Assembly: GCA_045639985.1 (NCBI GenBank)
Contig: JAZUEE010000169.1
Span: 1 to 38,909, forward strand
Reading direction: 5' to 3'
Length of the DNA stretch: 38,909 nucleotides
From: Bacteroidales bacterium
GTDB taxonomy: Bacteria > Bacteroidota > Bacteroidia > Bacteroidales > WCHB1-69
Shown here: in pieces, positions 38,863 through 38,909 of the stretch
How positions within the stretch are numbered: position 1 is the stretch's first letter
Layout: each line of letters starts with the position of its first letter
Position numbers and translations under genes: made by a program
Notes under the pieces: model-generated
What the model saw: only the letters and a program-made list of their open reading frames with translations
The model's database searches: none
Told to the model about the DNA's origin: nothing

Positions 38863-38909
38863 TTTAAAACCTGACCATCAAGTCGGATCGTAGCCATGTC
38901 GTTCTGTGA

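Overview
Gene-dense chromosomal segment of a Bacteroidota (probably Bacteroidales) bacterium, inferred from TAnnTTTG -7 promoters, a T9SS C-terminal-domain protease and typical gene order. I call 35 CDS and see no rRNA, tRNA, CRISPR or mobile element. The left half (1-19.9 kb) is mostly housekeeping and envelope genes: OM barrel-TPR-lptC, yigZ/ribD, a MacAB-TolC-type exporter, an S8 protease, a stand-alone YD-repeat protein, serS, rsmA and gap. The most interesting part is a co-oriented surface-glycan locus at 19987-31216: rfbA, ugd, acyltransferase-3, an opine (octopine/nopaline-type) dehydrogenase, Wzx flippase, LbH acyltransferase, two tandem sugar-transfer-associated ATP-grasp amidoligases, galE and a UDP-HexNAc dehydrogenase. 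It contains no glycosyltransferase, priming GT or Wzy. I infer that it makes an N-(carboxyalkyl)-amino acid (opine) and amide-links it to uronic acids of a cell-surface polymer. It is followed by a secreted beta-helix protein, an OM barrel, an esterase-like lipoprotein and a PepD variant. The right end holds an orphan Sfp-type PPTase, L-serine dehydratase and a Cache-PP2C phosphatase whose frame is interrupted by an in-frame TGA near the window edge. All product calls come from motif recognition by eye; no database search was run.
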